A stretch of 64,000 nucleotides of DNA from IMG/VR virus record IMGVR_UViG_3300033552_000001, positions 1 to 64,000 of that record. One strand, written 5' to 3'. Every line of letters begins with the position of its first letter. Positions within the stretch are counted from its first letter, which is position 1. The notes beneath the pieces were generated by a model. The model did no database searches and was not told where the DNA came from. It worked only from the letters and a program-made list of their open reading frames with translations. This DNA comes from a virus. Positions 36,061 to 46,472 of the stretch are shown here, in pieces. The position numbers and the translations under genes were made by a program.

Positions 36061-39000
36061 TAACAATTCAATTATAATTCCTCAAATAGGAATGCAAAAA
36101 GATAAGGATATTCTTACCAAAGATTCTCAAGAATATACTCATGCTTTAAATGCAGTGATTGAAAGTTGGGATGGACATTCTTTTTCTTTACAAAATGAAT
36201 CAAGTGATATATTATGTTTGTCTTTAATTCAAAAAGTAATTGGTACATTACAAATTCCTTCTTTAAATAAAACTATTCTTTTTACTACTGATTCAAAAGG
36301 TGATGATAATATATTAATATTTGATGATATAGTAGTAGAGAAAATTAACATCACTTTAAATCAAGAAGAAAATTGTATTCTATCCTCTTTACAAAATCAA
36401 AAACAAACTGATAAAGTAGTTCCTAAGAAAATAGCAACTGCTAATTTTGGATGGAACATTTCTAATAAAGTAAACATTAAATATAAACTAACTGATTGTA
36501 CTTTAAATTTATATTTTGTTGATGGAGTAAATCCAGATAGATTTATTTATTTCTCCTTACCTAATTACTTAGTATTAGAAGACTTTAAACAAATTAATAC
36601 CTTAACTATTGGTACTTGTGATGAAGTGTATTTTGATATAATTGATGTAGATAAAACTAATTTCAATCAAAACATTTCTTATCCTACCATCTCATTAACA
36701 GAAGAAACTGGTGGAACTTTACAAGAAGGTGTATATCAAATATTTACAGCTTACAGTACATCAAAAGGAATACCTCTTTCATCTTATAATAATTCACAAC
36801 CTTTTCCAATATTTGAAAAACAAATAAAAGAAATAGAAGGGATTGCTTATGATACAAATAAAGCAATTAAAATTACTATTAATGATATTTCTTTAAACTC
36901 TATTTATAAATACTTAAACATTGCTGTAGGGATTACAATAAACAATTACACTTCTTATTTTAGTGTTACAACAGTTCCTATTACTGCTACAATCACTTAT
37001 ATTTATAATAGTAATTTAAATAATATTGCTTCATCAGAACAAGAAATATTAGCTAAATATCCTTATTATGAAAATAGTAAATTAATAGAAACTGGAAATA
37101 ATTATTTATTCAAAGCAAAGGTTGCAGAATTTGATAAAATAAATGTTCAAAGAATTGCTAATTTATTACAATTAGAAGCAGTCACTATTAAAGTAGATGC
37201 TGAATTTTATAAGAAACCTGAAAACTCTCACAAGTATAAATCTTATTTAAGAGATGAAGTATATGTATTTGGACTAGAATTAATAACCAAAGAAGGTGAA
37301 GTTTCTGGAGTTGCAACAATTCCAAATAGACCTCCTAATAATTTAGATTTAACAACAGTTAATAATAATGATGTATTAAATTTAAATAAATCTTTTCATT
37401 GGCAAGTATATAACACTGGATATAAAACATCTTCACCTCATACAACAGAAGTGTGGGAAACATTTGATTTTGCTTATTATCAATCAACTGAAAAATACCC
37501 TAACAATAAAGAAATATATGGAGATTTATGTGGAGAGTATATAAGACTTCATAAATTCCCTGATTGTAGTGTTAGTCACATTCATGATGGAAAGGCAGTA
37601 GAAGTAGCTGGAACATATAATAAAGAAGTGAATTTATTCCCAATGGGAGTAAGAATTAAAAATGCTAATCAAATTGCAAACATCTTAGACTTCTGTGCAA
37701 GTGAGAAAATAATATCACAAAAGCAAAGAGATAGAATTATTGGATATAGATTGGTTAGGGTTAATAGAGCTGGTAATAAATCTATTGTTGCCAAAGGTCT
37801 TTTATATGATATGTGGAATTATGAAAAACCTTCTGTGTATGATGAAAAAGATACTTGTTCTACTAAGAATAAATACTATTATCCTAGTATTGGATTTAAT
37901 GATTTAAGAACAGATCCTTTTATTTCAACTAATGCCAATCATTATAAATATGAAAACTTTGATAAAGGTATTCAAATTCCAGCAGCACATGGATTTGAAG
38001 CAACAGGAAAATATACATTTCATTCTCCAGATACTTCTTTTGTTTCTCCAACCTTAGGAACTGTATTAAAAATTGAAACAGAAGAATATGGAGAAAGTAA
38101 AGGCTTTTTTAATGTAGCTGAAAATCAAGCACAATATAAACTGCTTACTTATAATCATTATAATGTAGCCACTTTAATAGCTAGATTTATTGGTAATAAC
38201 ACTATTCATAAATCAGATAATGCAAGTGGTACTGGACAAGCCATTGGCTCTTCATTAGGAGGTATTATTGGTAGTGCTATTCCAGGAGTAGGAACTGCTA
38301 TTGGAGGAATTGCAGGAGGACTTATTGGAACTTTAGCAGGAGGTAATAATGATGTTACTTCTTCATTACAAAGAAATGCAACTATATTATTTCAAACAGA
38401 AAAGCTTTTACAATTATTTAAAAACCTTTCTGATTATGAAAAATTACAATATCAATATCAAGCAGTAGGTAAGTATAAAGGATATACAACTATTCCTAAT
38501 GCTGGTAATAAACAAAGAAAAGTATTAACAAGTTCTTATTTAAATTCAACAAAACAAAGCCTTGAAGGAAATATATTAGTTAATAATAGTTTTAGAGAGT
38601 CTTCTGTTTATTTACAATTAGATGGTAAATTACTTCCTTCTTGTACTGTTGAAGATAAAAGTAAAAATAAATTAACAGATAGTATTTCTACTCCTTCAAC
38701 TAATCAATGTAAGAAATATAAGGTTGTTTTGAATGGACAAAATCTTCCAAATCAAGCAGGTATTTATGTTGCTTATCAAGATTGTTTAGGAATTCCTCAA
38801 AGGTATGTTACTTTAATAGCAGAAACAATAACTATATTAGCTTCTGTACCTCCATTGACATCTTCAATAATGACTGTTACAGAAATAACACCATGTCCAG
38901 AATGTCAACAAACAGTTTACACTGTTAAAGATTGTGATTGTAAAGGAGTTGAAATGACAGCTCCAATTTCATCTTATTATGGAAGTATTAAGAATGAAAA

Positions 39001-41107
39001 ATCAAATCAATATGGAGCTATTAATGGAATGCAATACATTGATATTACTAATGGTGAAGTAACTAAATTAACAGAAAATAAAATATATTTTGGTGGTGAT
39101 ACTTTTATAACACCATTTGCTTTTAAAAGAAAACATTCTTATTTTAATAGCACTTCTTTTGGTTTACCAGATGATACTGATATGTATTATCAAGACTTAG
39201 GTAATGTTGGTTATCCAACTTATTTCTTTAATACAAAAGAAACTAACAGAGATATAAAACCATCTACTAATTTACTATTTGATTTATTTCAATTTGGTAA
39301 TTTTGCAGGTAGCACTTATAATTTCTGGGGTAGTTTATTTGGTAATAATCAATTTGATTCTGCTAAAAATATATTAAATAACTTTTCAGCATTTGCTTTT
39401 GACCCTTTGTTATGGATTAAAGCTCCTAATTTCTATTTAGATTGTTATGATAATAATATTAAATCTAAACCTTTAAAACTGTTTTCTTTTAAAGCAGTCA
39501 AGGGTATCATGTATTTATATAATTATGCTATTCCTTATTTTTATTGTGAATCAGATATTAATACTTTTTACAGACATGGTAAAAATAATAAAGAATATGA
39601 TTTTTATCCACATCAAGCAGATTTGAATTATTGGCTACAAGAGAAGAATGTTGCCATAAATCAAGATAATTTTTACTTCTATGACAAAACTTATAGCAAG
39701 CAAAATAAAGAAGGTTTTCATTATGTAAATGATATAAACTTTCAACCATACAAAGAATGTAAAACTATTCACAATAATAGAATTATTTATTCTATGCAAG
39801 GTGGTGAGATTGATGATTCAGATTTAAAGGATAGTTATCTAATTAATAAAGCCTTAGATGCTCATGATTTTACTTTGGTAAATGGTGAGCTTACAGGACT
39901 GCATGAAATAGAAAGTGAGAAGTTGTTAGTAACATTTGAAAATAATACACAAGTGTTTTCAGCTTTCAGTACTATTGAAACTTCAGGGGGTGTTGCTCAA
40001 TTAGGTAATGGAGGATTGTTTAGAAATAAACCACAAGAGTTTTCAAAGAGTGAACTTGGATATATTGGTAGTCAACATAATAATATTAAATCAACAGAAT
40101 TTGGTCATATATTAATAGATGCTAAAAGAGGACAAGTGTTTTTAATAGGAACTAATGGTAGTGGAATTAAAGAACTTAGTAAAGATGGGATGAGAAATTG
40201 GATGAAAACTTATTTACCATTTACTATTGATAAATACTTTAAAGAAATAGACATTGACCAAAGTTATAATGGAATTGGTATTTCTGTTTGTTATGATAAA
40301 AAATGGCATAGAGTGTTAATTACTAAATTAGACTACCAACCAAAGTTTAAAGAAATAGTGTATAAAAATAATCAATTTTATTACGGAATACTTCCTGTTA
40401 AATTAACTGATATAAAGTATTTTTATAATAAGTCATTCACTATTTCTTATAATTTTAATTCAACTAATTGGACATCATTTCATTCTTATCTCCCAAGTTA
40501 TTACATTGAGAATAATAATTATTTCTTGGCTGGTAATAATAATACTAATAAAATATGGGGACATAATTTAATTGTAAACTCTCATCAAGTCTTTGAAGGA
40601 AAGTTATATCCATTTGAAGTTGAATTAAATGACAAGTATTCAATGGTAAATAAACAATTACAATCTGTAAATTATTTATTAGATTCTATTGTTTACAAAG
40701 ACAATAATCCTATCTACAATAAGGTAGGAATGAATAAAGCTATTATTTATAATGACCATCAAACTACTGGAACATTATTATTAGAAAGTACTAATAATGA
40801 TAATTTGTTTTTAAATAAAAATTATCCTATATTAGAGCCAGAAATTACCAAAGTATTGCAAACAAAGAAAGAGAATATATTTTCATTTAATCAATTTAAA
40901 AATAGAAAATTTAATAATGAAAGTAATTTCTTACAAGAAAAGAATGGTGTTACAAAACATGTAAATTTAAAAACAATAGGAATTAATTATAATTACAACC
41001 CTATTACTGGTAAAACAAATACAATAAAATTAATACAAGATAAATACAGCAACTATAAATTAATATTTAAATTGGCTTCCTTCAAAACAAATAATTCAAT
41101 TAGATAA
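36050..41107 (+). CDS. Muzzle / tail stabilisation protein
   Basis: 1685 aa; YLRDEVYVFG, IRLHKFPD, YFGGDTFI, GSQH and FHSYLPSYY blocks typical of the crAss muzzle family. Confidence 0.85.
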   Translation: MADNNNSIIIPQIGMQKDKDILTKDSQEYTHALNAVIESWDGHSFSLQNESSDILCLSLIQKVIGTLQIPSLNKTILFTTDSKGDDNILIFDDIVVEKINITLNQEENCILSSLQNQKQTDKVVPKKIATANFGWNISNKVNIKYKLTDCTLNLYFVDGVNPDRFIYFSLPNYLVLEDFKQINTLTIGTCDEVYFDIIDVDKTNFNQNISYPTISLTEETGGTLQEGVYQIFTAYSTSKGIPLSSYNNSQPFPIFEKQIKEIEGIAYDTNKAIKITINDISLNSIYKYLNIAVGITINNYTSYFSVTTVPITATITYIYNSNLNNIASSEQEILAKYPYYENSKLIETGNNYLFKAKVAEFDKINVQRIANLLQLEAVTIKVDAEFYKKPENSHKYKSYLRDEVYVFGLELITKEGEVSGVATIPNRPPNNLDLTTVNNNDVLNLNKSFHWQVYNTGYKTSSPHTTEVWETFDFAYYQSTEKYPNNKEIYGDLCGEYIRLHKFPDCSVSHIHDGKAVEVAGTYNKEVNLFPMGVRIKNANQIANILDFCASEKIISQKQRDRIIGYRLVRVNRAGNKSIVAKGLLYDMWNYEKPSVYDEKDTCSTKNKYYYPSIGFNDLRTDPFISTNANHYKYENFDKGIQIPAAHGFEATGKYTFHSPDTSFVSPTLGTVLKIETEEYGESKGFFNVAENQAQYKLLTYNHYNVATLIARFIGNNTIHKSDNASGTGQAIGSSLGGIIGSAIPGVGTAIGGIAGGLIGTLAGGNNDVTSSLQRNATILFQTEKLLQLFKNLSDYEKLQYQYQAVGKYKGYTTIPNAGNKQRKVLTSSYLNSTKQSLEGNILVNNSFRESSVYLQLDGKLLPSCTVEDKSKNKLTDSISTPSTNQCKKYKVVLNGQNLPNQAGIYVAYQDCLGIPQRYVTLIAETITILASVPPLTSSIMTVTEITPCPECQQTVYTVKDCDCKGVEMTAPISSYYGSIKNEKSNQYGAINGMQYIDITNGEVTKLTENKIYFGGDTFITPFAFKRKHSYFNSTSFGLPDDTDMYYQDLGNVGYPTYFFNTKETNRDIKPSTNLLFDLFQFGNFAGSTYNFWGSLFGNNQFDSAKNILNNFSAFAFDPLLWIKAPNFYLDCYDNNIKSKPLKLFSFKAVKGIMYLYNYAIPYFYCESDINTFYRHGKNNKEYDFYPHQADLNYWLQEKNVAINQDNFYFYDKTYSKQNKEGFHYVNDINFQPYKECKTIHNNRIIYSMQGGEIDDSDLKDSYLINKALDAHDFTLVNGELTGLHEIESEKLLVTFENNTQVFSAFSTIETSGGVAQLGNGGLFRNKPQEFSKSELGYIGSQHNNIKSTEFGHILIDAKRGQVFLIGTNGSGIKELSKDGMRNWMKTYLPFTIDKYFKEIDIDQSYNGIGISVCYDKKWHRVLITKLDYQPKFKEIVYKNNQFYYGILPVKLTDIKYFYNKSFTISYNFNSTNWTSFHSYLPSYYIENNNYFLAGNNNTNKIWGHNLIVNSHQVFEGKLYPFEVELNDKYSMVNKQLQSVNYLLDSIVYKDNNPIYNKVGMNKAIIYNDHQTTGTLLLESTNNDNLFLNKNYPILEPEITKVLQTKKENIFSFNQFKNRKFNNESNFLQEKNGVTKHVNLKTIGINYNYNPITGKTNTIKLIQDKYSNYKLIFKLASFKTNNSIR

Positions 41108-42066
41108 TGGAACAAGAATATAATGACTATGACACACAAGAAGATGATCAAGAATTAATTGATGATGATTTTGAAATGGAAGCTGATGAAGATGATCCTT
41201 ATTTAAATGATGATGAATTTATGGATTATGGAGATACTGATGATGAAGCTATTTATGAACAATTGTCAAGAAGAAAATCTCCTTACTCTGCTAAATTTCA
41301 CCCTGCTAATTCTTTTACTAATGAATTAGTAGCTAATGAATCTGGTGGTAATTACAGAGCTTTTAATTCTGATGGAGGAGGTGAAGGAGCTGTTGGTAAA
41401 TATCAATTTAGATGGACAGCTCACAAAGATAAAATTAGAAAGTTTGCTGGTGATGCTAATTTATCAAGAGAAGATTTTATAAATAGTCCTCAATTACAAG
41501 ATGATTTTTATGAAAAAGATTGGATTCCTAATTATTTAGAAAAAGATGTAAAGTCATTAAGGAAAATGAATACTGGTTTAAACAATAGTCAATTGTATAA
41601 ATTAGTCCATTTTAGAGGAAAACAAGGAGCTATGAATTATTTAAATGGCACTGATAGTAATCAACCAGAATCTTATAACATGCCAACATCTAAATATATT
41701 GGTATGCAACCAGGAGGATATACCCCACAAGTATTACAAGGTAAACAATATACTCCTTTTAAAACTAAATTTACAGGACAGGAAATTCCAGGTCTTAATA
41801 TACCACCACTTGGTGAATCAGAAAATGATGGATTTAATTTTGAAGGTATTGGAAACACTATAATGAAAGGAGTTGATGTAATGAATGAAATTGGTAATAA
41901 TGCAGCACAAGGACTTTCACAAGGTATAGATATGGCAGAACAATTTACTTCTGCTCAAATTGAAAATCAGAATAAAAGAAAAAGAATGCAAATGCTTTAT
42001 GAAGATGATGTAAATAATTATAACACATCTTCACAAAGAATAAACAATAACCCAATACTAACATGA
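41107..42066 (+). CDS. Virion cargo protein with lysozyme/lytic transglycosylase domain
   Basis: Acidic N-terminal tail; NESGGNY...GAVGKYQF lysozyme-fold motif with putative catalytic Glu; MQPGG boundary motif. Confidence 0.75.
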   Translation: MEQEYNDYDTQEDDQELIDDDFEMEADEDDPYLNDDEFMDYGDTDDEAIYEQLSRRKSPYSAKFHPANSFTNELVANESGGNYRAFNSDGGGEGAVGKYQFRWTAHKDKIRKFAGDANLSREDFINSPQLQDDFYEKDWIPNYLEKDVKSLRKMNTGLNNSQLYKLVHFRGKQGAMNYLNGTDSNQPESYNMPTSKYIGMQPGGYTPQVLQGKQYTPFKTKFTGQEIPGLNIPPLGESENDGFNFEGIGNTIMKGVDVMNEIGNNAAQGLSQGIDMAEQFTSAQIENQNKRKRMQMLYEDDVNNYNTSSQRINNNPILT

Positions 42067-42314
42067 TGGAAAGCATAGAAATTGATTTGAAAGAACAGTA
42101 TGTTAAAATGGCAAATGCTTATTCTAAACAAAAAAGTCTTCAAGAAAAAAGAGAAGATAATAGAAAGGATATTGATTTATTAATGGAAGTGTTAGGACAT
42201 CATACAGTGTCTAAATCTGCATCTGAAGAAACAACTTGTGAATTTATTATATTTGATCACAAGGATAGAAATATTATTATAAATAAATTATTATCTAAAA
42301 TAGAATTACTATAA
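42063..42314 (+). CDS. Hypothetical protein
   Basis: 83 aa, overlaps both neighbours. Confidence 0.55.
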   Translation: MMESIEIDLKEQYVKMANAYSKQKSLQEKREDNRKDIDLLMEVLGHHTVSKSASEETTCEFIIFDHKDRNIIINKLLSKIELL

Positions 42315-45241
42315 TGAAAAACAAATTAGATAAATATTTAAAAGCACAAGGAGGAGGGATTACTCAAATGGATTCTTTATTAACTGCTAATAAAGATAAA
42401 TTATTTATTGACAGAATGATTAATTCTAATAAGTATCCTGTTAGAAATAATTTAGATAAATCTCATAGCACTCATAAATTAGCTTGGGGTGAATCTGATA
42501 ATGGATATGTTGTATATCCAACAATTAATTACAAAGACAATAATTTATTTGAAGATCCAAAAGGTAAATATGCTTTTGATAATAATGATTTTATAGAATT
42601 TAAAGATCAAAAATTAGCTGAAAGATTTGCTAATGGTGAATGGAAAAATAGTAGTTTATTAAAGAATAAGAATACTTTTAAAAAACAGACTGGTGGAATT
42701 GCAAAAGATGCTTTAGGCAGAATATATAATCCTACAAGAGATCCAAATATTTACAATAGAGAGGATGGTAAAAAAATGTCTTATAATAAAGATGTTAAAA
42801 AGTTTATTCCTGTAAGACAAGAAAATACAGATTATCCTAATATAATGAATAATCTTCAAGATTTTGTCCCTAAAGAAAAAAGAAAATTAATTGATAAATA
42901 TACAACAAGAGATGATTTATCAGAAAGTGGGGCAGCCTTAAATTTATCAGCTAAAGTCCAAAATCCAGATTTATTATATGGATTAGATATAATAGGAGGA
43001 TCGCCTAACATTAAATTAACAAAAAGAAGTAGAGCTTTTAATGATGGTAATTTAAGACTCCCTGAAAAATTAGAATCTAATTGGAGTAAAACCTATTTAC
43101 AAGAATTAGCACACAGTTATCAAGAAAAAAGTGGTAATAATAATTATTTAGGAAAACCTAAACAATTTGATAATTCAAAATATACTAGTCAAAAAAAAGC
43201 AGATCTTGATTATGAAAAAACATACGATCAAAAAGGTAGTGTAGAATATCAAGCACATAATGAAATAGATAATGATTTTTCTAATATTGTTTATATAAAT
43301 AAAAATAAAGATAAAAATGTAAAAGAATATTATAATAAAATTAGAGATACAAGAAGAAAAGATATAACAAAAGAAGTATTACCTATAACTGATGAAGAAT
43401 TAGAATTACCTTTAAATTTAAATGTAGATATGTTCCCTAATGATGAATTAAGAAATAAATCTAATTATATCAAAGCAAGTAGAAAAATAGGAGAAAATTA
43501 TAAGTGGTATAACAGACCTTATAACACTATGCATCCTCTCACCAAAAAAGTTAAGTTATCTGATTTAAAGCCTCTTGATATGAAAAAAAATCAAGAAAAA
43601 TGGTATGAAAAAGAATTGTTTCAAAAAGGAGGAATTGCAAAAGACAATACTAATGTTTCTAAGAAATACATTAATCCAATTGATAAACAAAGAATTAATA
43701 ATGATTTTTTAAAATCAAAAGTTGATGCTAATAAATCTTATTTAAATCCTCAATCAAATGTTTCTCAAAGAGTTAAGGATATTGCATTACAAGAGCAAGC
43801 TAATGAAAGAATTAATTCAAGACAGGATAAGGCTAATTTATTAGGACTTGCCTTAGCTCCTGTTCCAATAGCAGGTGAAATTTATAATGGTGGTAATATG
43901 ATTGCCCAAGGAGCAGTTGATGCTTTACAAGGAGAATATGGAAATGTATTAACAAGTGCTGTTCCTTATGGAGTAAGTAAATTGGCTAAATACATGAAGC
44001 CTGCAAAATTTGCAGATAATTATGTAACACAAGAACAAGCTGTAATTGCAAGAGGAGAAAGGATGTTATCTCAAAAATCTAAATTTAGAGATCAACCAGA
44101 AGAAATTAATGAATATTTTAGAACAGCAAAAGATAGACATAATTCAGCAAGTGACCACCCAGCAGAAAAGTTAGGAGTTAATAAAGGAACAAGTACTGAA
44201 ATAAGTAAAGATGCTAATTTATCAGAATTTAATAAAGCAAGAGTAGCTTCACATGAAGTAGGTCATTATTATAGAAATGGTGCTGATGAAGCTAATGAGT
44301 GGGGAAATCTTGTTACTTTAGATCAAAGTAAAACTGGTAGATATTTAAGAGGAAAACCTATTAGAGTTCAAAATGAAAGTGGAGAAATAAAATCATTATC
44401 AAGTGGTACTTACGATGAAACTAGAGAAAGAGCTGGACAATTAAAAGATTATATTGCTAAAAAGAATGGTATTCCTTTAAATCAAGATTTTAACATAACT
44501 GAAAAACAGTTTAATAATTCATTAAAGAATTATGTAAATGATACAGGGTTAGACAATAATATGACTCCATTCATAAAGTCTATTAATGATAAAAAAGGGT
44601 TTTTAGAAATGATGAATAAATCTGCATTAGGAACTACTGTTGCTATAATTGCAAATAAAGAAATGAATAAACAACAAGGAGGGCAAGGTAATTTAATTAA
44701 TGCTGAAAGAGGTGAAGTTTATAGAGATCAATTTGGTAATATTAAAAAAGTATCTGATGATGCTCCTACTCATGATGATGGTATATTAATTCATGATGAC
44801 CAAATGAATACTCCTAAAAAAGCTTCTTATAATAATGGAGGAGTTGTATTAAATGATGCTCATTCTGTATTATCAGCTACTCATGAAAATAGAGACAGTG
44901 ATGATAAATCTTATGGATTGATTGATGAAATGATCAAACTAAAACCAAAAGAATTAGATGGGTATGCAAAACAATTAGGCCTTAAATTAAAGAATAAAAA
45001 ATCAGTTAGTCCATCAAAGGGATTTGAATTACTAAGAGATGCTAAAATAAAGCATGCTGATAAGTTATTAAATAAAAACATTAAGAATGATTATGGTGAT
45101 ATGTTTTCTAAGAATTCAACCAAATTAAATATGATTCAAGGAAATGCTTTAATTGAAGATACTGATTTATATGATATGATGTTTGATATTCAAGAAGCTA
45201 AAAAATTAAATACAAAAAGATATGGAAACTTACTTATTTAA
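42314..45241 (+). CDS. Modular cargo protein with zincin-like domains
   Basis: 975 aa; four QxGG motifs delimit modules; HEVGH and QELAH motifs; C-terminal AERGE...THDDG..GGV module. Confidence 0.75.
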   Translation: MKNKLDKYLKAQGGGITQMDSLLTANKDKLFIDRMINSNKYPVRNNLDKSHSTHKLAWGESDNGYVVYPTINYKDNNLFEDPKGKYAFDNNDFIEFKDQKLAERFANGEWKNSSLLKNKNTFKKQTGGIAKDALGRIYNPTRDPNIYNREDGKKMSYNKDVKKFIPVRQENTDYPNIMNNLQDFVPKEKRKLIDKYTTRDDLSESGAALNLSAKVQNPDLLYGLDIIGGSPNIKLTKRSRAFNDGNLRLPEKLESNWSKTYLQELAHSYQEKSGNNNYLGKPKQFDNSKYTSQKKADLDYEKTYDQKGSVEYQAHNEIDNDFSNIVYINKNKDKNVKEYYNKIRDTRRKDITKEVLPITDEELELPLNLNVDMFPNDELRNKSNYIKASRKIGENYKWYNRPYNTMHPLTKKVKLSDLKPLDMKKNQEKWYEKELFQKGGIAKDNTNVSKKYINPIDKQRINNDFLKSKVDANKSYLNPQSNVSQRVKDIALQEQANERINSRQDKANLLGLALAPVPIAGEIYNGGNMIAQGAVDALQGEYGNVLTSAVPYGVSKLAKYMKPAKFADNYVTQEQAVIARGERMLSQKSKFRDQPEEINEYFRTAKDRHNSASDHPAEKLGVNKGTSTEISKDANLSEFNKARVASHEVGHYYRNGADEANEWGNLVTLDQSKTGRYLRGKPIRVQNESGEIKSLSSGTYDETRERAGQLKDYIAKKNGIPLNQDFNITEKQFNNSLKNYVNDTGLDNNMTPFIKSINDKKGFLEMMNKSALGTTVAIIANKEMNKQQGGQGNLINAERGEVYRDQFGNIKKVSDDAPTHDDGILIHDDQMNTPKKASYNNGGVVLNDAHSVLSATHENRDSDDKSYGLIDEMIKLKPKELDGYAKQLGLKLKNKKSVSPSKGFELLRDAKIKHADKLLNKNIKNDYGDMFSKNSTKLNMIQGNALIEDTDLYDMMFDIQEAKKLNTKRYGNLLI

Positions 45242-45296
45242 ATAAATTATATTAATTTTACATTAAAATAGTAAGTATTAATAAATTTTATTAAGA

Positions 45297-46382
45297 ATGT
45301 ATAAAAGACTAAATATAAAATTATACCCAACAATAAAACAAAAAATTGTTTTAGATAATCATTTTTCTGGATATAGGTATTGTTATAATTTATGTTTATC
45401 TTACAAAATGCATCTTTGGAAATATTATAAAATAAATAAAACAGGATTTGATTTACAGACAGAATTATGCCAATTAATTAAAGAAGTTCCTTTTTTAAAT
45501 AATTGTAAAGTAGAATGTTTAAGACAAGCAGGTTTAGATGTTGAAAAAACTTATAAAAAATTCTATAAAGGAAGTGGTTTTCCTAAATTTAAATCTAAAA
45601 AAAATAAACAGTCTTTTATTGCACAACAATCTATTTTAATTAAAAAAGGTAGGTTGTCATTTTTTAAAAATTTAATTAAATTTAAAGATTCTGATAAGTA
45701 TTTTAATAAATTAAAAAGTTTAGAAATTAAACAATGTACTTTTAGTAAAGATAAAATTGGTAACTATTGGGCATCATGTCTTATAGAAGATAATGAAATA
45801 AAAATGTTACCTGTAGTTACTAATAAAATAGGATTTGATTTAGGGATTAAAGATTTTTTAATTACATCAAATAGTGAGTTTATACCTAATAATAAATTTA
45901 GTATCAAGAAACAATATAAACTTAGAAAGTTACAAAGAAAATTTAGTAAAACTAAAAAACATGGGAAAAACAGAGAAAAGCTTAGAATTAAAATAGCAAA
46001 ATTATTTCAAAAAATAACTAATCAAAAACAACACTTTTTTCACCAAGTTTCTAATAAATTAATAAGAGAAAATCAATCTATTAATTGTGAAACTTTAAAA
46101 GTAGAAAATATGATTAAAAACAGAAAATTAAGTAAATCAATTCAAGATGTTTCTTGGAGTAGTTTTATTTCAGTATTAGAATATAAATGTATTTGGTATA
46201 ATAAAGAATTAATTAGAATTCCTGCTTTTTATCCGAGTTCAAAATTATGTAGTAGTTGTGGAAATAAAAAAGATGATTTAAAACTTTCTGATAGAATATA
46301 TAATTGTAGTTGTGGAATATCTTTGAATAGAGATTTAAATGCTGCTATAAATATAAGAGATTATAAGGACAAATGTGCCTGA
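45297..46382 (+). CDS. tnpB: TnpB RNA-guided endonuclease (IS200/IS605 family, solo)
   Basis: N-terminal KLYPT HTH, FPKFKSK, RuvC-I GFDLG, RuvC-II ETL, zinc finger CSSCG/CSCG, RuvC-III RDLNAAINI; no tnpA nearby. Confidence 0.93.
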   Translation: MYKRLNIKLYPTIKQKIVLDNHFSGYRYCYNLCLSYKMHLWKYYKINKTGFDLQTELCQLIKEVPFLNNCKVECLRQAGLDVEKTYKKFYKGSGFPKFKSKKNKQSFIAQQSILIKKGRLSFFKNLIKFKDSDKYFNKLKSLEIKQCTFSKDKIGNYWASCLIEDNEIKMLPVVTNKIGFDLGIKDFLITSNSEFIPNNKFSIKKQYKLRKLQRKFSKTKKHGKNREKLRIKIAKLFQKITNQKQHFFHQVSNKLIRENQSINCETLKVENMIKNRKLSKSIQDVSWSSFISVLEYKCIWYNKELIRIPAFYPSSKLCSSCGNKKDDLKLSDRIYNCSCGISLNRDLNAAINIRDYKDKCA

Positions 46383-46430
46383 ATTTAAGTCTGCGGAGAA
46401 CAAGTCATTAGACATTCTATGAAGCAGAAA
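46340..46430 (+). ncRNA. Probable TnpB omega-RNA (reRNA) scaffold, 3' part
   Basis: Nested stem TCTGC(46390)/GCAGA(46424), AGAA/TTCT and GTC/GAC just past the tnpB stop; boundaries approximate. Confidence 0.5.
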
Positions 46431-46472
46431 TTAAAAGTTTAATAATATTTAAAAATTTAAACAAATAAAACA

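Noticed and set aside
45297-46382. Nuclease-dead TldR or IStron (group I intron plus TnpB)
   Set aside because: The RuvC D-E-D residues are intact, there is no room upstream for an intron core, and the flanking genes look complete.
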